Source: a virus
Taxonomy: Duplodnaviria > Heunggongvirae > Uroviricota > Caudoviricetes
Length of the DNA: 26,336 nt
Direction: 5' to 3' (one strand)
IMG/VR virus record: IMGVR_UViG_2695420403_000013
Coordinates: 1-26,336 of that record
The notes beneath the pieces are model-generated. The model made no database searches, was not told where the DNA came from, and saw nothing but the letters and a program-made list of their open reading frames with translations. Positions within the stretch are counted from its first letter, which is position 1. Every line of letters begins with the position of its first letter. The translations under genes were made by a program, and so were the position numbers. This document shows positions 8,361-17,770 of this stretch, in pieces.

Positions 8361-8556
8361 AGTCCTCCCGCGAGATCTGCCCGTCGCGCAGAAGCTGGTA
8401 GGCTTTGTGTTTGTAGTACCAGTTGATAGCCAGCATCAGCACACCAATCATCAGGCCGCCCAGCGTTGAGGCATCCTTGATGGACAAATCGCCCAGCCAG
8501 GCCAGCACGACGGCGATGCAATACGTGATAAAGGCGCTGATTCGCTCAAGCGTCAT
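8341..8556 (-). CDS. Y: Holin (gpY position)
   Basis: 71 aa, two hydrophobic helices and a charged C-terminus, directly upstream of the endolysin. Confidence 0.65.
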   Translation of the reverse strand: MTLERISAFITYCIAVVLAWLGDLSIKDASTLGGLMIGVLMLAINWYYKHKAYQLLRDGQISREDYESINR

Positions 8557-8559
8557 AAT

Positions 8560-8763
8560 TCAGTCCCATAGCTGGACGGTCTGCACGGTGGTGGTTGTCG
8601 GTATGTCCGGCAGCTCCACCTGCAACCCGTGAGGTAAAAAAGGGCCGTATTCGGCAAGCCCCGGATTTGCCTTCAGTACCTGCTCCGTGACACCCTGCGT
8701 GCGCCCGTAATGACGCCAGCAAAGCGCGTCCACCGTGTCATACTGATGCGCACGCACTTTCAT
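8560..8763 (-). CDS. X: Tail protein X-like
   Basis: 67 aa, same length and position as P2 gpX. Confidence 0.7.
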   Translation of the reverse strand: MKVRAHQYDTVDALCWRHYGRTQGVTEQVLKANPGLAEYGPFLPHGLQVELPDIPTTTTVQTVQLWD

Positions 8764-9227
8764 CAGATAAGCTCCACTGTGCAGTGCGGCGCATCCTGCA
8801 CCCGGCTGATGGCCCAGCGGGCGTCACGCCACAAATCACCGCTTGCTTCCGCCAGTTCCTCGCCCCGCTTCACACCGGATGCCGTGGCGTCATAGTCCTG
8901 ATAACGCTCGTTGAGCATGGCGCGTGCCCAGCAGTAAACCGCGTTGAAATAGTGATGAATGCGCTCACTTTTGCCGTCCAGCTGTTCCGCCGGAACCTCA
9001 GCCAGCGACACATACCCCAGCATCTGCTGACGTCTGCGAAACTCATACAGCTCTGCGTTGACCTCCGAAATTGCCGACAGCGCAACCTGCTTTAAACGCG
9101 GCTGCGTCACCGTGCCGTCAGTGCGCATGACACAGCGAAACTCCGACAGGTCCACATCAGGCCAGAACGGCGTGTTTCTGATGATTTCCGCCTGTTCCGG
9201 TGCCTGTTCTGGCGCAACAAACTTCAT
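8763..9227 (-). CDS. L: Head completion/stabilisation protein, gpL-like
   Basis: Start moved to ATG 9225-9227 (MKFVAPEQ...), preceded by AGGAG. The listed ORF start at 9290 is an extension. Confidence 0.8.
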   Translation of the reverse strand: MKFVAPEQAPEQAEIIRNTPFWPDVDLSEFRCVMRTDGTVTQPRLKQVALSAISEVNAELYEFRRRQQMLGYVSLAEVPAEQLDGKSERIHHYFNAVYCWARAMLNERYQDYDATASGVKRGEELAEASGDLWRDARWAISRVQDAPHCTVELI

Positions 9228-9322
9228 GCTGCTTTCTCCTGAAATAGAGGGCGGTGGACGGGGTTTTGATGTGGCAGTGCCTTTCGCCACCCCGTGCCGC
9301 CCGTGCGCGGGGGCACGTTCTG

Positions 9323-9973
9323 TCAGCGGCTGTCATTGCGCAGTCTGCGCTCCAGCTGCTGTTTGTCTTTTTTCACGCCACAGCGGGGATCGAGCTGTAA
9401 CGCATGGTTGAGATGATTAAGGGCGGAAGCCGGATTGCTTTCACTCAGGACAGCGCCAATCGCTTTATGCAGACGCGCCCGTGACTGGTCCGGCATATCC
9501 AGACCGTCTGTCAGCTCCAGCGTCTGCAGCAACAGATCGGCATCAAAGCCGGTGGCGGCAAGCATTGCGCTCTGCGCGGCGTCTGCCATTTCCTCTGCCA
9601 GCACGGTCTGCACGTTGCGGTTACCCAGCGGCATCACCCAGCCATGACGCAGGGCATGACGCCCGATCTCCAGCGCCCCGGCATAATCTCCGGCATCAAT
9701 GCGCCACAGCATCACGTACATCAGCACGTCATCCTGTTGAGCGCCTCCGGCAGCCAGGACACCCTCTGCCCAGGCGGCGTACTTCGGCAGCAGCTCCACC
9801 TTGATTTCCGCTTTTTTGACCGTGGACTGAACGCCCTTGAGACGGCGGCGGTCTTCCGCCAGTTGCAGCAGCATCAGGTCATAGCCCGATGCGTGGCGAA
9901 CACTGCCGCCCTCGCGGGCGGCCTGTTCAGCCTGAACGCGCAGGCGATGCTGCCGTGCGGGACTCAGGCTCAT
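9323..9973 (-). CDS. M: Terminase endonuclease (small) subunit, gpM-like
   Basis: 216 aa, between capsid N and head-completion L as in P2. Confidence 0.8.
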   Translation of the reverse strand: MSLSPARQHRLRVQAEQAAREGGSVRHASGYDLMLLQLAEDRRRLKGVQSTVKKAEIKVELLPKYAAWAEGVLAAGGAQQDDVLMYVMLWRIDAGDYAGALEIGRHALRHGWVMPLGNRNVQTVLAEEMADAAQSAMLAATGFDADLLLQTLELTDGLDMPDQSRARLHKAIGAVLSESNPASALNHLNHALQLDPRCGVKKDKQQLERRLRNDSR

Positions 9974-9976
9974 GGA

Positions 9977-11035
9977 TTACTCTCCGGTTTCTGCTGCGGC
10001 GGCGCTGAAATCGCCAATCTGGATGTTTTCCACCAGTGCGGCGCAGCGGTAGTCCTCAACCACATAGGCTTCGTTAACGGATTCAAAGTTTTCAATTCGG
10101 TCACGTTTCGGGTTGTCGATAACTGAACGGCGGCGGGTGTCTTCCTGCCAGTAGATGGACAGGTTATCCAGACGGGTGATCAGCAGCGCATTCGGCGGGA
10201 AGAACGGCGCACGCACGGCCTGCAGGCCTCCCATGCGTTTCTGACTGATGATCATATCGGCAGCCAGTTTTTCACTGTTTTCCTGCTCTTTGTTGACCAG
10301 CGGGAAATACTTGTCAGATAGCAGCTCACGACCGCAAATCACCACCAGATCGTCATCGTCCTGGTAGACCACGTCGATAAGCTCATTGACGGCATCCATC
10401 ACCACGGCGTCCAAGTTGGCATATTCGCCACCTTTTCCGACTTTCACCGCGCCCGGTGTGGTTTCACCGCCCGTGGTGGTGCTGCCCATGACGTGATCCG
10501 GTGCATCCTCACGGATTTTCTGCAGCCAGCCTTTGTTCACATCCTGCAGCAGCGGGTTTTCGCTACGGTTGGAGGTTTTCGCACGCTTCACACCGTTAAA
10601 GCCGATCATGATGCGGTCCAGTGCCTGACGTTTCACGATGGCGTCACGGATACGCACCTGGAAATCCTGAAACTTCGCCCACAGGTCCAGCTTCGCGTAG
10701 GTCAGCACCGTGTCAAAGTTAGTCTGCTCGCATTTGTATTCCACATCGACCATCAGCGTCGGATCGACAGGCTCACGCTCTTTAGCTGTGGTATCAGTGG
10801 TTCCGGCAATGGTGCTGCCAACACCCAGCCCCAGCAACTGACCAGACTGCTCAGTCACTGGCGTGACGTTAATCAGCGTCAGGAATGCGGCGGACTGCTG
10901 GATCTGATCTTCCAGCGTCTGCTGCACAGACGGCTCTACAGTGAACTTGCTGGACAGTTCTTCAACGGCCACACCGTTCAGACGCGCCAGCTGCTGCAGG
11001 TAAGCGTTAAAAGCAAAGCGGGTATTCTTCTTCAT
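9977..11035 (-). CDS. N: Major capsid protein, gpN-like
   Basis: 352 aa (P2 gpN is about the same size), position after the scaffold gene. Confidence 0.9.
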   Translation of the reverse strand: MKKNTRFAFNAYLQQLARLNGVAVEELSSKFTVEPSVQQTLEDQIQQSAAFLTLINVTPVTEQSGQLLGLGVGSTIAGTTDTTAKEREPVDPTLMVDVEYKCEQTNFDTVLTYAKLDLWAKFQDFQVRIRDAIVKRQALDRIMIGFNGVKRAKTSNRSENPLLQDVNKGWLQKIREDAPDHVMGSTTTGGETTPGAVKVGKGGEYANLDAVVMDAVNELIDVVYQDDDDLVVICGRELLSDKYFPLVNKEQENSEKLAADMIISQKRMGGLQAVRAPFFPPNALLITRLDNLSIYWQEDTRRRSVIDNPKRDRIENFESVNEAYVVEDYRCAALVENIQIGDFSAAAAETGE

Positions 11036-11051
11036 CGGGTTTTGTGCTCCA

Positions 11052-11885
11052 TCAGCAATTGGTCAGAGTGTCAGCGGGGGCGTTACCGCCTGTTGCACGC
11101 TGGCGGTAGTCCTGGCGGCTGTCTTCATGACTCAGCTTATTCACCAGTTCGTTAAAGGCTGTCTGCTGTGCCTGCAGGGCAGTCTCCAGCTCAGACAGAC
11201 GTTCTTCCTGCTCAGACAGGGATTTTTCGGTGCGTGCACTCAGGTTTTGCTGCTCAGTGGCGACCAACTCCACGGCCTTATGCACATCAGAGAACCGGGC
11301 ATCGTCGGACTGCTCTTTTTTGGTGAACAGTGCCGTGACGCGGGCAAACAGGGACGGCTTGTCCTCCTGGATTTCTTCCAGTTCGATCACCGTTTCCTCT
11401 GCGGCGGTAAAGAGATTGGCGGGATTCTGCTTGCGGTTTGCCAGCGGGTTATGGGCTGCACTGGCGCTGAATGTCAGCATTTCAGTGCCCAGACTGGCAG
11501 GGTCATCAGTGGCAGCCAGGCCGACCAGGTAGGCTTTGCCCGTATCAGCGAACTTCGGGCTGACTTCCATAGAGGTGAATAATTTCTGGCCTTTTTTCAC
11601 CAGCTCCACCAGGGACTCCGTTGGCTCAACGTCGGCATACAGTGCCATCTTGCCCGCCAGCGGACCTTCCGTGATTTCTTCAGCAAACAGCGCCGTCACC
11701 TTGCCGTAGCGGTTAAAGGTGCTGTCCGGCAGATAAGACTTGATGTGCTCAAGGTTAATCAGCGCGGTATACACCGCCGGGTTGTAGCTGGCTGCCATCT
11801 GTTCCAGCCATTCACGCTGGATTTCGCGTCCGTCGGTGGTGGCACCTTCCACCCCGATGCGAAAACGCTTTGCTTTCACTGTCAT
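11052..11885 (-). CDS. O: Capsid scaffolding protein, gpO-like
   Basis: 277 aa. N-terminus ...FRIGVEGATTDGREI resembles P2 gpO. Divergent from P. Confidence 0.85.
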   Translation of the reverse strand: MTVKAKRFRIGVEGATTDGREIQREWLEQMAASYNPAVYTALINLEHIKSYLPDSTFNRYGKVTALFAEEITEGPLAGKMALYADVEPTESLVELVKKGQKLFTSMEVSPKFADTGKAYLVGLAATDDPASLGTEMLTFSASAAHNPLANRKQNPANLFTAAEETVIELEEIQEDKPSLFARVTALFTKKEQSDDARFSDVHKAVELVATEQQNLSARTEKSLSEQEERLSELETALQAQQTAFNELVNKLSHEDSRQDYRQRATGGNAPADTLTNC

Positions 11886-11963
11886 GAGCCGTGCTCCGTT
11901 AGAAAAAACTTACTGGAGCCTTATGGTTGCGGTGATGGGGGCAGTGAAACAATGCGCGGTATT

Positions 11964-11981
11964 TGTACCGACAACCACACA
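11964..11981. promoter_or_regulatory. TGT-N12-ACA dyad in the O/P divergent late-promoter region
   Basis: tgtaccgacaaccacaca, lying between the O start (11885) and the P start (12028). Confidence 0.35.
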
Positions 11982-12027
11982 AACCGCAGGCGGGGAAAGC
12001 CTTCATTCAAGGCTGTAGGTTTGTGCC

Positions 12028-13794
12028 ATGAACACCACACTGACACCCGCAGATCTCGATCCCCGTCGGCAGGCCATGCTGCTGTACTTTCAGGGATACC
12101 GCGTAGCCCGCATTGCTGAAATGCTGGGCGAGAAAGTTGCAACCGTTCACAGCTGGAAAAAACGCGACAAGTGGGGTGACTATGGGCCGCTGGATCAGAT
12201 GCAGCTCACCACCGCCGCACGCTACTGCCAGCTCATTATGAAGGAGCACAAAGAAGGGAAAGATTTCAAAGAGATTGACCTGCTGGCGCGCCAGTCTGAG
12301 CGCCACGCGCGGATCGGCAAGTTTAACAATGGCGGCAACGAAGCCGACTTAAACCCTAACGTCGCCAACCGCAACAAAGGCCCGCGCCGTCAGCCTGAAA
12401 AGAATGTTTTCACCGATGAACAGATTGAGAAGCTGGAAGAAATTTTCCATTCCTCCATGTTCAACTACCAGCGCCACTGGTGGGAAGCCGGAAAAACCAA
12501 CCGCATCCGCAACCTGCTAAAGTCACGCCAGATCGGCGCGACCTTCTATTTTGCCCGTGAAGCCCTGATTGACGCCCTGCTTACCGGACGTAACCAGATT
12601 TTCCTTTCTGCCAGTAAGGCACAGGCTCACGTCTTTAAGCAGTACATCATCGATTTCGCCAAAGAAGTCGAGGTGGAGCTGAAAGGTGATCCGATGGTGC
12701 TTCCTAACGGGGCCACGCTTTACTTCCTCGGCACCAATGCCCGCACGGCCCAGAGTTACCACGGCAACCTGTATCTGGATGAATATTTCTGGATACCGAA
12801 ATTCCAGGAGCTGCGCAAAGTGGCTTCCGGTATGGCTATTCACAAAAAATGGCGACAGACCTATTTTTCCACACCATCCAGTCTGACACACAGTGCTTAT
12901 CCGTTCTGGTCCGGTGCGCTGTTCAACCGAGGGCGCAACAAAGCCGATAAGGTGGACATCGACCTGTCCCACAGCAATCTGGCCCCCGGCCTGCTGTGCG
13001 CAGACGGGCAGTACCGCCAGATAGTCACCGTGGAAGATGCGGTGCGGGGCGGCTGTAACCTGTTCGACCTCGACCAGTTGCGCATGGAGTACAGCCCGGA
13101 CGAATACCAGAACCTGCTGATGTGTGAGTTTGTGGACGATCTCGCGTCCGTGTTCCCGCTCAGCGAGCTGCAAGCGTGCATGGTGGACAGTTGGGAAGTC
13201 TGGACCGACTTTCATGCACTGGCCCTGCGCCCGTTTGGCTGGCGCGAAGTGTGGATCGGTTATGACCCGGCAAAAGGTACGCAGAACGGCGACAGTGCCG
13301 GATGCGTGGTGGTGGCACCGCCAGCCGTGCCGGGTGGTAAGTTCCGCATTCTTGAGCGTCACCAGTGGCGCGGGATGGACTTCCGCGCCCAGGCTGACGC
13401 CATCAAAAAACTGACCGAGCAGTACAACGTGACCTACATCGGCATCGACTCGACAGGTGTCGGCCACGGGGTTTACGAGAACGTGAAAGCGTTTTTTCCA
13501 GCCGTCCGGGAGTTTGTCTACAACCCCAACGTTAAAAACGCCCTGGTACTCAAGGCCTACGACATTATCAGCCACCGCCGTCTGGAGTTTGACGCCGGAC
13601 ACACCGACATTGCGCAGTCATTCATGGCAATCCGTCGCGCAACCACCGCCAGCGGCAACCGCCCGACCTATGAAGCCAGCCGCAGCGAAGAAGCCAGCCA
13701 CGCCGATCTGGCCTGGGCAACGATGCACGCATTGTTTAACGAACCGCTGCAGGGCGAATCCGCCAATACCAGCAATATTGTGGAGATTTTTTGA
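12028..13794 (+). CDS. P: Terminase large (ATPase) subunit, gpP-like
   Basis: 588 aa, divergent from the O-N-M-L operon. Stop overlaps the Q start. Confidence 0.9.
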   Translation: MNTTLTPADLDPRRQAMLLYFQGYRVARIAEMLGEKVATVHSWKKRDKWGDYGPLDQMQLTTAARYCQLIMKEHKEGKDFKEIDLLARQSERHARIGKFNNGGNEADLNPNVANRNKGPRRQPEKNVFTDEQIEKLEEIFHSSMFNYQRHWWEAGKTNRIRNLLKSRQIGATFYFAREALIDALLTGRNQIFLSASKAQAHVFKQYIIDFAKEVEVELKGDPMVLPNGATLYFLGTNARTAQSYHGNLYLDEYFWIPKFQELRKVASGMAIHKKWRQTYFSTPSSLTHSAYPFWSGALFNRGRNKADKVDIDLSHSNLAPGLLCADGQYRQIVTVEDAVRGGCNLFDLDQLRMEYSPDEYQNLLMCEFVDDLASVFPLSELQACMVDSWEVWTDFHALALRPFGWREVWIGYDPAKGTQNGDSAGCVVVAPPAVPGGKFRILERHQWRGMDFRAQADAIKKLTEQYNVTYIGIDSTGVGHGVYENVKAFFPAVREFVYNPNVKNALVLKAYDIISHRRLEFDAGHTDIAQSFMAIRRATTASGNRPTYEASRSEEASHADLAWATMHALFNEPLQGESANTSNIVEIF

Positions 13795-14822
13795 TGGGAA
13801 AGAGTAAGAAGAACCGCGCTGCGGCGACGAAACAGATCCAGCTTAAAAGCCAGACTACAGCCGAAGCATTCAGCTTCGGCGATCCCGTTCCTGTTCTGGA
13901 CCGCCGAGAACTGCTGGACTATGTGGAATGCGTACAGATGGACCGCTGGTATGAGCCGCCCGTCAGCTTTGACGGACTGGCACGAACCTTCCGCGCCGCC
14001 GTGCATCACAGCTCACCAATTGCGGTGAAATGCAACATTCTGACCAGTACCTACATCCCTCACCCGCTGCTCAGCCAGCAGGCTTTTTCACGTTTTGTGC
14101 AGGACTATCTGGTATTTGGTAACGCCTACCTGGAGAAACGCACGAACCGCTTCGGTGAAGTTATCGCCCTTGAACCGGCCCTGGCAAAATACACCCGACG
14201 CGGGTTAGACCTGGATACCTACTGGTTTGTGCAATACGGTATGACAACACAGCCGTATCAGTTCACGAAAGGCAGCATCTTTCATCTGATGGAACCGGAC
14301 ATCAACCAGGAGATCTACGGCCTGCCCGGCTATCTTTCTGCCATTCCGTCAGCCCTGCTCAATGAGTCCGCCACGCTGTTCCGCCGCAAGTATTACATCA
14401 ACGGCAGCCATGCAGGCTTCATCATGTATATGACCGACGCCGCACAAAACCAAGAGGATGTGAACAACCTCCGCAATGCAATGAAAAGCGCCAAAGGACC
14501 AGGTAACTTCCGCAATCTGTTTATGTACTCGCCTAACGGCAAAAAGGACGGACTTCAGATTATCCCGTTATCAGAAGTCGCGGCGAAGGATGAGTTTCTG
14601 AACATCAAGAACGTGAGCCGGGATGACATGATGGCAGCGCACCGCGTGCCGCCGCAAATGATGGGGATTATGCCGAATAATGTTGGGGGGTTTGGGGATA
14701 TAGAGAAAGCCAGTTGCGTTTTTGTGCGAAATGAGTTAATTCCTTTACAAAAAAGACTTGTAGAAGTTAATATTTGGCTAAAGAAAAAAATAATAGCCTT
14801 CAAAGATTATTCATTGAATTAG
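13791..14822 (+). CDS. Q: Portal protein, gpQ-like
   Basis: 343 aa. The last ~35 codons switch to AT-rich sequence, suggesting a chimeric 3' end at the junction with cargo DNA. Confidence 0.85.
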   Translation: MMGKSKKNRAAATKQIQLKSQTTAEAFSFGDPVPVLDRRELLDYVECVQMDRWYEPPVSFDGLARTFRAAVHHSSPIAVKCNILTSTYIPHPLLSQQAFSRFVQDYLVFGNAYLEKRTNRFGEVIALEPALAKYTRRGLDLDTYWFVQYGMTTQPYQFTKGSIFHLMEPDINQEIYGLPGYLSAIPSALLNESATLFRRKYYINGSHAGFIMYMTDAAQNQEDVNNLRNAMKSAKGPGNFRNLFMYSPNGKKDGLQIIPLSEVAAKDEFLNIKNVSRDDMMAAHRVPPQMMGIMPNNVGGFGDIEKASCVFVRNELIPLQKRLVEVNIWLKKKIIAFKDYSLN

Positions 14823-14833
14823 ATAAAATGTGT

Positions 14834-14853
14834 GGGGGGGATGAAAATCCCCC
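14834..14853. terminator. Stem-loop between the convergent Q and KAP NTPase genes
   Basis: GGGGGAT-gaaa-ATCCCCC, sitting between the Q stop (14822) and the NTPase stop (14861). Confidence 0.4.
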
Positions 14854-14860
14854 TCCCAAA

Positions 14861-16543
14861 TTACAAATACCGTCTAACACGTATTTTATTAATCTTCGAC
14901 TCATTTCCAATTCTTATCAAAGCATTTCTCGCTTTTTCTCCGATGCGTTTCATTCTATCTGAACCATTGCTATACCCACCAAACTTAAGAGCAGTGGCTA
15001 TTATTGAATCACCACCTTCAAGAATGACTTTTTTAAATAAATCATAGTAGTCATCCTCTGAGGCAGCATCCAATATTTCCTCGTGCCTATCAGACCAACC
15101 ATTCTGACTTGATAATTTTATTAGAACATCCTTTATAGAACCATCCAGATTTAAAGTAATAGAATAATCTTGGATTTTTGACTTTAACTCAGCATCTTTT
15201 ATAGGATGAACATTCATGTAAATAGATTGGACATATTCCTTAAGAGCATCATTGCCGTAATTAATAAATTTACTTATTAATTCACTTGCTTTAATATTTT
15301 CATCTAAATCTCTATACAGTCCGACAACACTATCCAAGTCACTTGGAGTTACATACTCTATCCCACCAACCACCGCTTGATATAGATTATCAACGACCTG
15401 ATTTCGGTTATCTTCAAATGAATTATAGAAAAGCTTCCATGCTTCAAACAGTGAACCTCGCTTACTATCACGGATAAGTTCATCATTTCTTAGACTTACT
15501 TGCCTTTGAAAATTGTTCATATCAATATATCCATGCTTAACCATGTCTATAAGGACTTCATCAAGTTCGTTTGTTTTTTTATAACCATATATAAGCAAAG
15601 TATTAAGCCATTTTTTTCCTTTTCCATCCTCTTTTTCATCACGCACATAGATATTTCTCATATTTCTAATATACTCCAATGATGGTACATCTCCATCTGG
15701 AGTAAATGCGTAATGACTCCAACAATACAAAGTTAAGGAGCGTGCGACTTCATTTGCAATTTTATCAAAATTAATGTTAATAGCAGGTAACAAGGCTAGC
15801 AAAAACCGCTCTATTTTTTTCAGTATCCGAATATTTTTAATACCTAGAGAAATGGAGTATTTGCTTAATAATTTATGAACATCAGAATTATTTTTATATG
15901 CTATAGCTGCACATTCTTCTGGCGTAGGGTTATAGGTAATCTCTCTATCAATAACCTTTTCTTTATAAGTGGAGTAATCATCCATACCACTTGTCCCATT
16001 ATTAAGTAAAAGAACCACCTTACAATTTTTTTGTTCTTTCAATAAAGAAACCAACCCTAAGACATCTTTCACTTCTAAATTTTTACCACGTCTTTCTAAG
16101 TCATCTATGACTACAATAACATTAGTAATTGACATAAATGACATTGACTCAAGTGTCGTAGCGAAATTTTTCACAACAGGTGTTTCTTTTAACAAACGAG
16201 CGGTCTTTCTAGTGCAGGATTCAAGAAGTCCCTTTGTATTTTGGGTTGCTGTTTTTAAATTAGGTTTATTTCCAATAAAATCTTTTGTAATTGTATTTTC
16301 AAAGATGGAATATTTTAATGCGTCCAATGAATTAACACCAAAAAGAGAGACGTAACTATATCTATTAAATGCAATCTTATTCTTATTTTCCTTTAAGAAA
16401 GTATTCCAAGTATAGGTTTTCCCAATCCCCCATTCACCCTGAATAGCCATTACCTCAGGTTCTGCAGATGAAATAAAGTCTGACAACTGTTCTTTAATAT
16501 AGTCCAATGACATGCACATTCTCCGAGATAGATAGTCATCCAT
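14861..16543 (-). CDS. Cargo gene: KAP-family P-loop NTPase (PifA-like), candidate anti-phage/exclusion protein
   Basis: Walker A QGEWGIGKT (Trp-containing G-x-W-G-x-G-K-T typical of KAP NTPases) and Walker B VVIDDLERR. AT-rich. Probable true start is ATG 16511-16513 (GGAG ribosome-binding site), downstream of a TATAAT at 16544-16549. Confidence 0.6.
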   Translation of the reverse strand: MDDYLSRRMCMSLDYIKEQLSDFISSAEPEVMAIQGEWGIGKTYTWNTFLKENKNKIAFNRYSYVSLFGVNSLDALKYSIFENTITKDFIGNKPNLKTATQNTKGLLESCTRKTARLLKETPVVKNFATTLESMSFMSITNVIVVIDDLERRGKNLEVKDVLGLVSLLKEQKNCKVVLLLNNGTSGMDDYSTYKEKVIDREITYNPTPEECAAIAYKNNSDVHKLLSKYSISLGIKNIRILKKIERFLLALLPAININFDKIANEVARSLTLYCWSHYAFTPDGDVPSLEYIRNMRNIYVRDEKEDGKGKKWLNTLLIYGYKKTNELDEVLIDMVKHGYIDMNNFQRQVSLRNDELIRDSKRGSLFEAWKLFYNSFEDNRNQVVDNLYQAVVGGIEYVTPSDLDSVVGLYRDLDENIKASELISKFINYGNDALKEYVQSIYMNVHPIKDAELKSKIQDYSITLNLDGSIKDVLIKLSSQNGWSDRHEEILDAASEDDYYDLFKKVILEGGDSIIATALKFGGYSNGSDRMKRIGEKARNALIRIGNESKINKIRVRRYL

Positions 16544-16580
16544 ATTATAACCCGAGTACTATCAAAGTAATAAGCGCGCG

Positions 16581-16599
16581 CTCGTATCCCCGCCACGCC
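16581..16599 (-). other. Candidate cos (cohesive-end) site
   Basis: The - strand reads GGCGTGGCGGGGAtacgag; the first 13 nt match the P2/186 cohesive-end sequence as I recall it (GGCG(A/T)GGCGGGGAAAGCA). Orientation relative to Q is as in P2. Confidence 0.45.
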
Positions 16600-16640
16600 T
16601 GCCCGCTTTATGTAGTGGTTTTCATGCAGGTGCATGATCT

Positions 16641-16668
16641 ACGCAAAAGCCCGCCAGTTCTGGCGGGC
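16641..16668 (-). terminator. Rho-independent terminator acting on the - strand
   Basis: GCCCGCCAG-ttc-TGGCGGGC; on the - strand it is followed by TTTTGCGT. Confidence 0.5.
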
Positions 16669-16941
16669 CTTAGCAAAAACGATCCTCAAACGATCATGCA
16701 ATCTCATGCAGCATAGACATGCACAGACGAGTAAAGCGAATCGGACTTTACGCAAGGTGAACTCCTCAGCGGGCATAATCAGTATGTCGGAAGATCTCTA
16801 AAAATGAATAATTCGGTTAACAGGTATGCTTACAAAAGCATATATTTGATTAAAAATCATGTAAGGGGGAGGATCTCAAACTGAATCGCCACGGGTTTTA
16901 CAAATTTCGATAGTCTCTCTAACGTTTCGGCTGAGGTCAAA

Positions 16942-17367
16942 ATGAAAAGCTTTTACGTATTAATTTTAATTCTGGTTGCAAGCTTTGTTAGCGTCCCAGT
17001 TCAGGCGGTAACAGCTAAAAACTATGAGAAAGGAACTAAAGCTCAACAGAAATCAATATCTTACCTTTCATGTGCATTCTATGGCAGTAGCACACAATTA
17101 GATCCTAGCTACACGGAGCAAGTACCTACAGCCGATATCAAGATATTACAGAAAGCAGCTTACCACGCTTACAACGATGCGCTCTCATACTTTGGCTATG
17201 AGGAACCAGATCACGAACAACGCATAATTGATTATGCTGAATTTGTGGCGTCGCAAGAAGCTGTGTTATGGGATAAGCCGGGAATGAATGGAAAGCAGGT
17301 AACACTAATTGCTCGTTCTCTCTACAATGAGAGTAACTGTAACTTGTTACTGGACTCAATTAAGTAG
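16942..17367 (+). CDS. Cargo gene: small secreted/periplasmic protein, unknown function
   Basis: 141 aa. Signal peptide MKSFYVLILILVASFVSVPVQA, GAGG ribosome-binding site, AT-rich. Confidence 0.6.
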   Translation: MKSFYVLILILVASFVSVPVQAVTAKNYEKGTKAQQKSISYLSCAFYGSSTQLDPSYTEQVPTADIKILQKAAYHAYNDALSYFGYEEPDHEQRIIDYAEFVASQEAVLWDKPGMNGKQVTLIARSLYNESNCNLLLDSIK

Positions 17368-17526
17368 GAAAAAGATGGTATTTTGCCCGTAGTTTCAACC
17401 TTAATCTCCGAACCTGTCGCAGAACGGGCGTTCACTCATCAAATAAACGCCACACCTAACGCCTCACTGTACTCGTTGTTCAACCTTGCTGACGCCAGAA
17501 CCAAGTTCAGACGCCAGCAACTTTTC

Positions 17527-17760
17527 TTAATGCAGCCAGCTGTCGTCTTCCCACACCTTCTGCATAATCTTCATCACTTGTTTTCTTTCTTCGTCCAGTT
17601 GCAGTCCGGTCAGTTCCACACCGTTAGAGCTACCTTTGCGGATGCGAATTACCGTTTTGGGATACAGGGGGCGCAGATTGCGGTAAAGCTCGGATTCAAG
17701 GGCGTCCAGGGTAGACTGGCTAATCTTCTGCTCTTTATCGATCATTATTTCAATGCGCAT
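17527..17760 (-). CDS. DinI-like protein (second gene of the Tum-like operon)
   Basis: Start at ATG 17758-17760 after GGTGA. MRIEIMIDKEQKIS...LDALESELYRNL...KIMQKVWEDDSWLH resembles DinI (MRIEV...). Confidence 0.65.
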   Translation of the reverse strand: MRIEIMIDKEQKISQSTLDALESELYRNLRPLYPKTVIRIRKGSSNGVELTGLQLDEERKQVMKIMQKVWEDDSWLH

Positions 17761-17770
17761 AAAGGTCACC

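Noticed and set aside
12523-13602. 359-aa - strand ORF inside terminase gene P
   Set aside because: Antisense to a strongly supported gene; no start context and no recognisable protein features.
16507-16716. 69-aa + strand ORF spanning the cos-like site and terminator
   Set aside because: It covers regulatory and structural DNA elements and has no ribosome-binding site; likely spurious.
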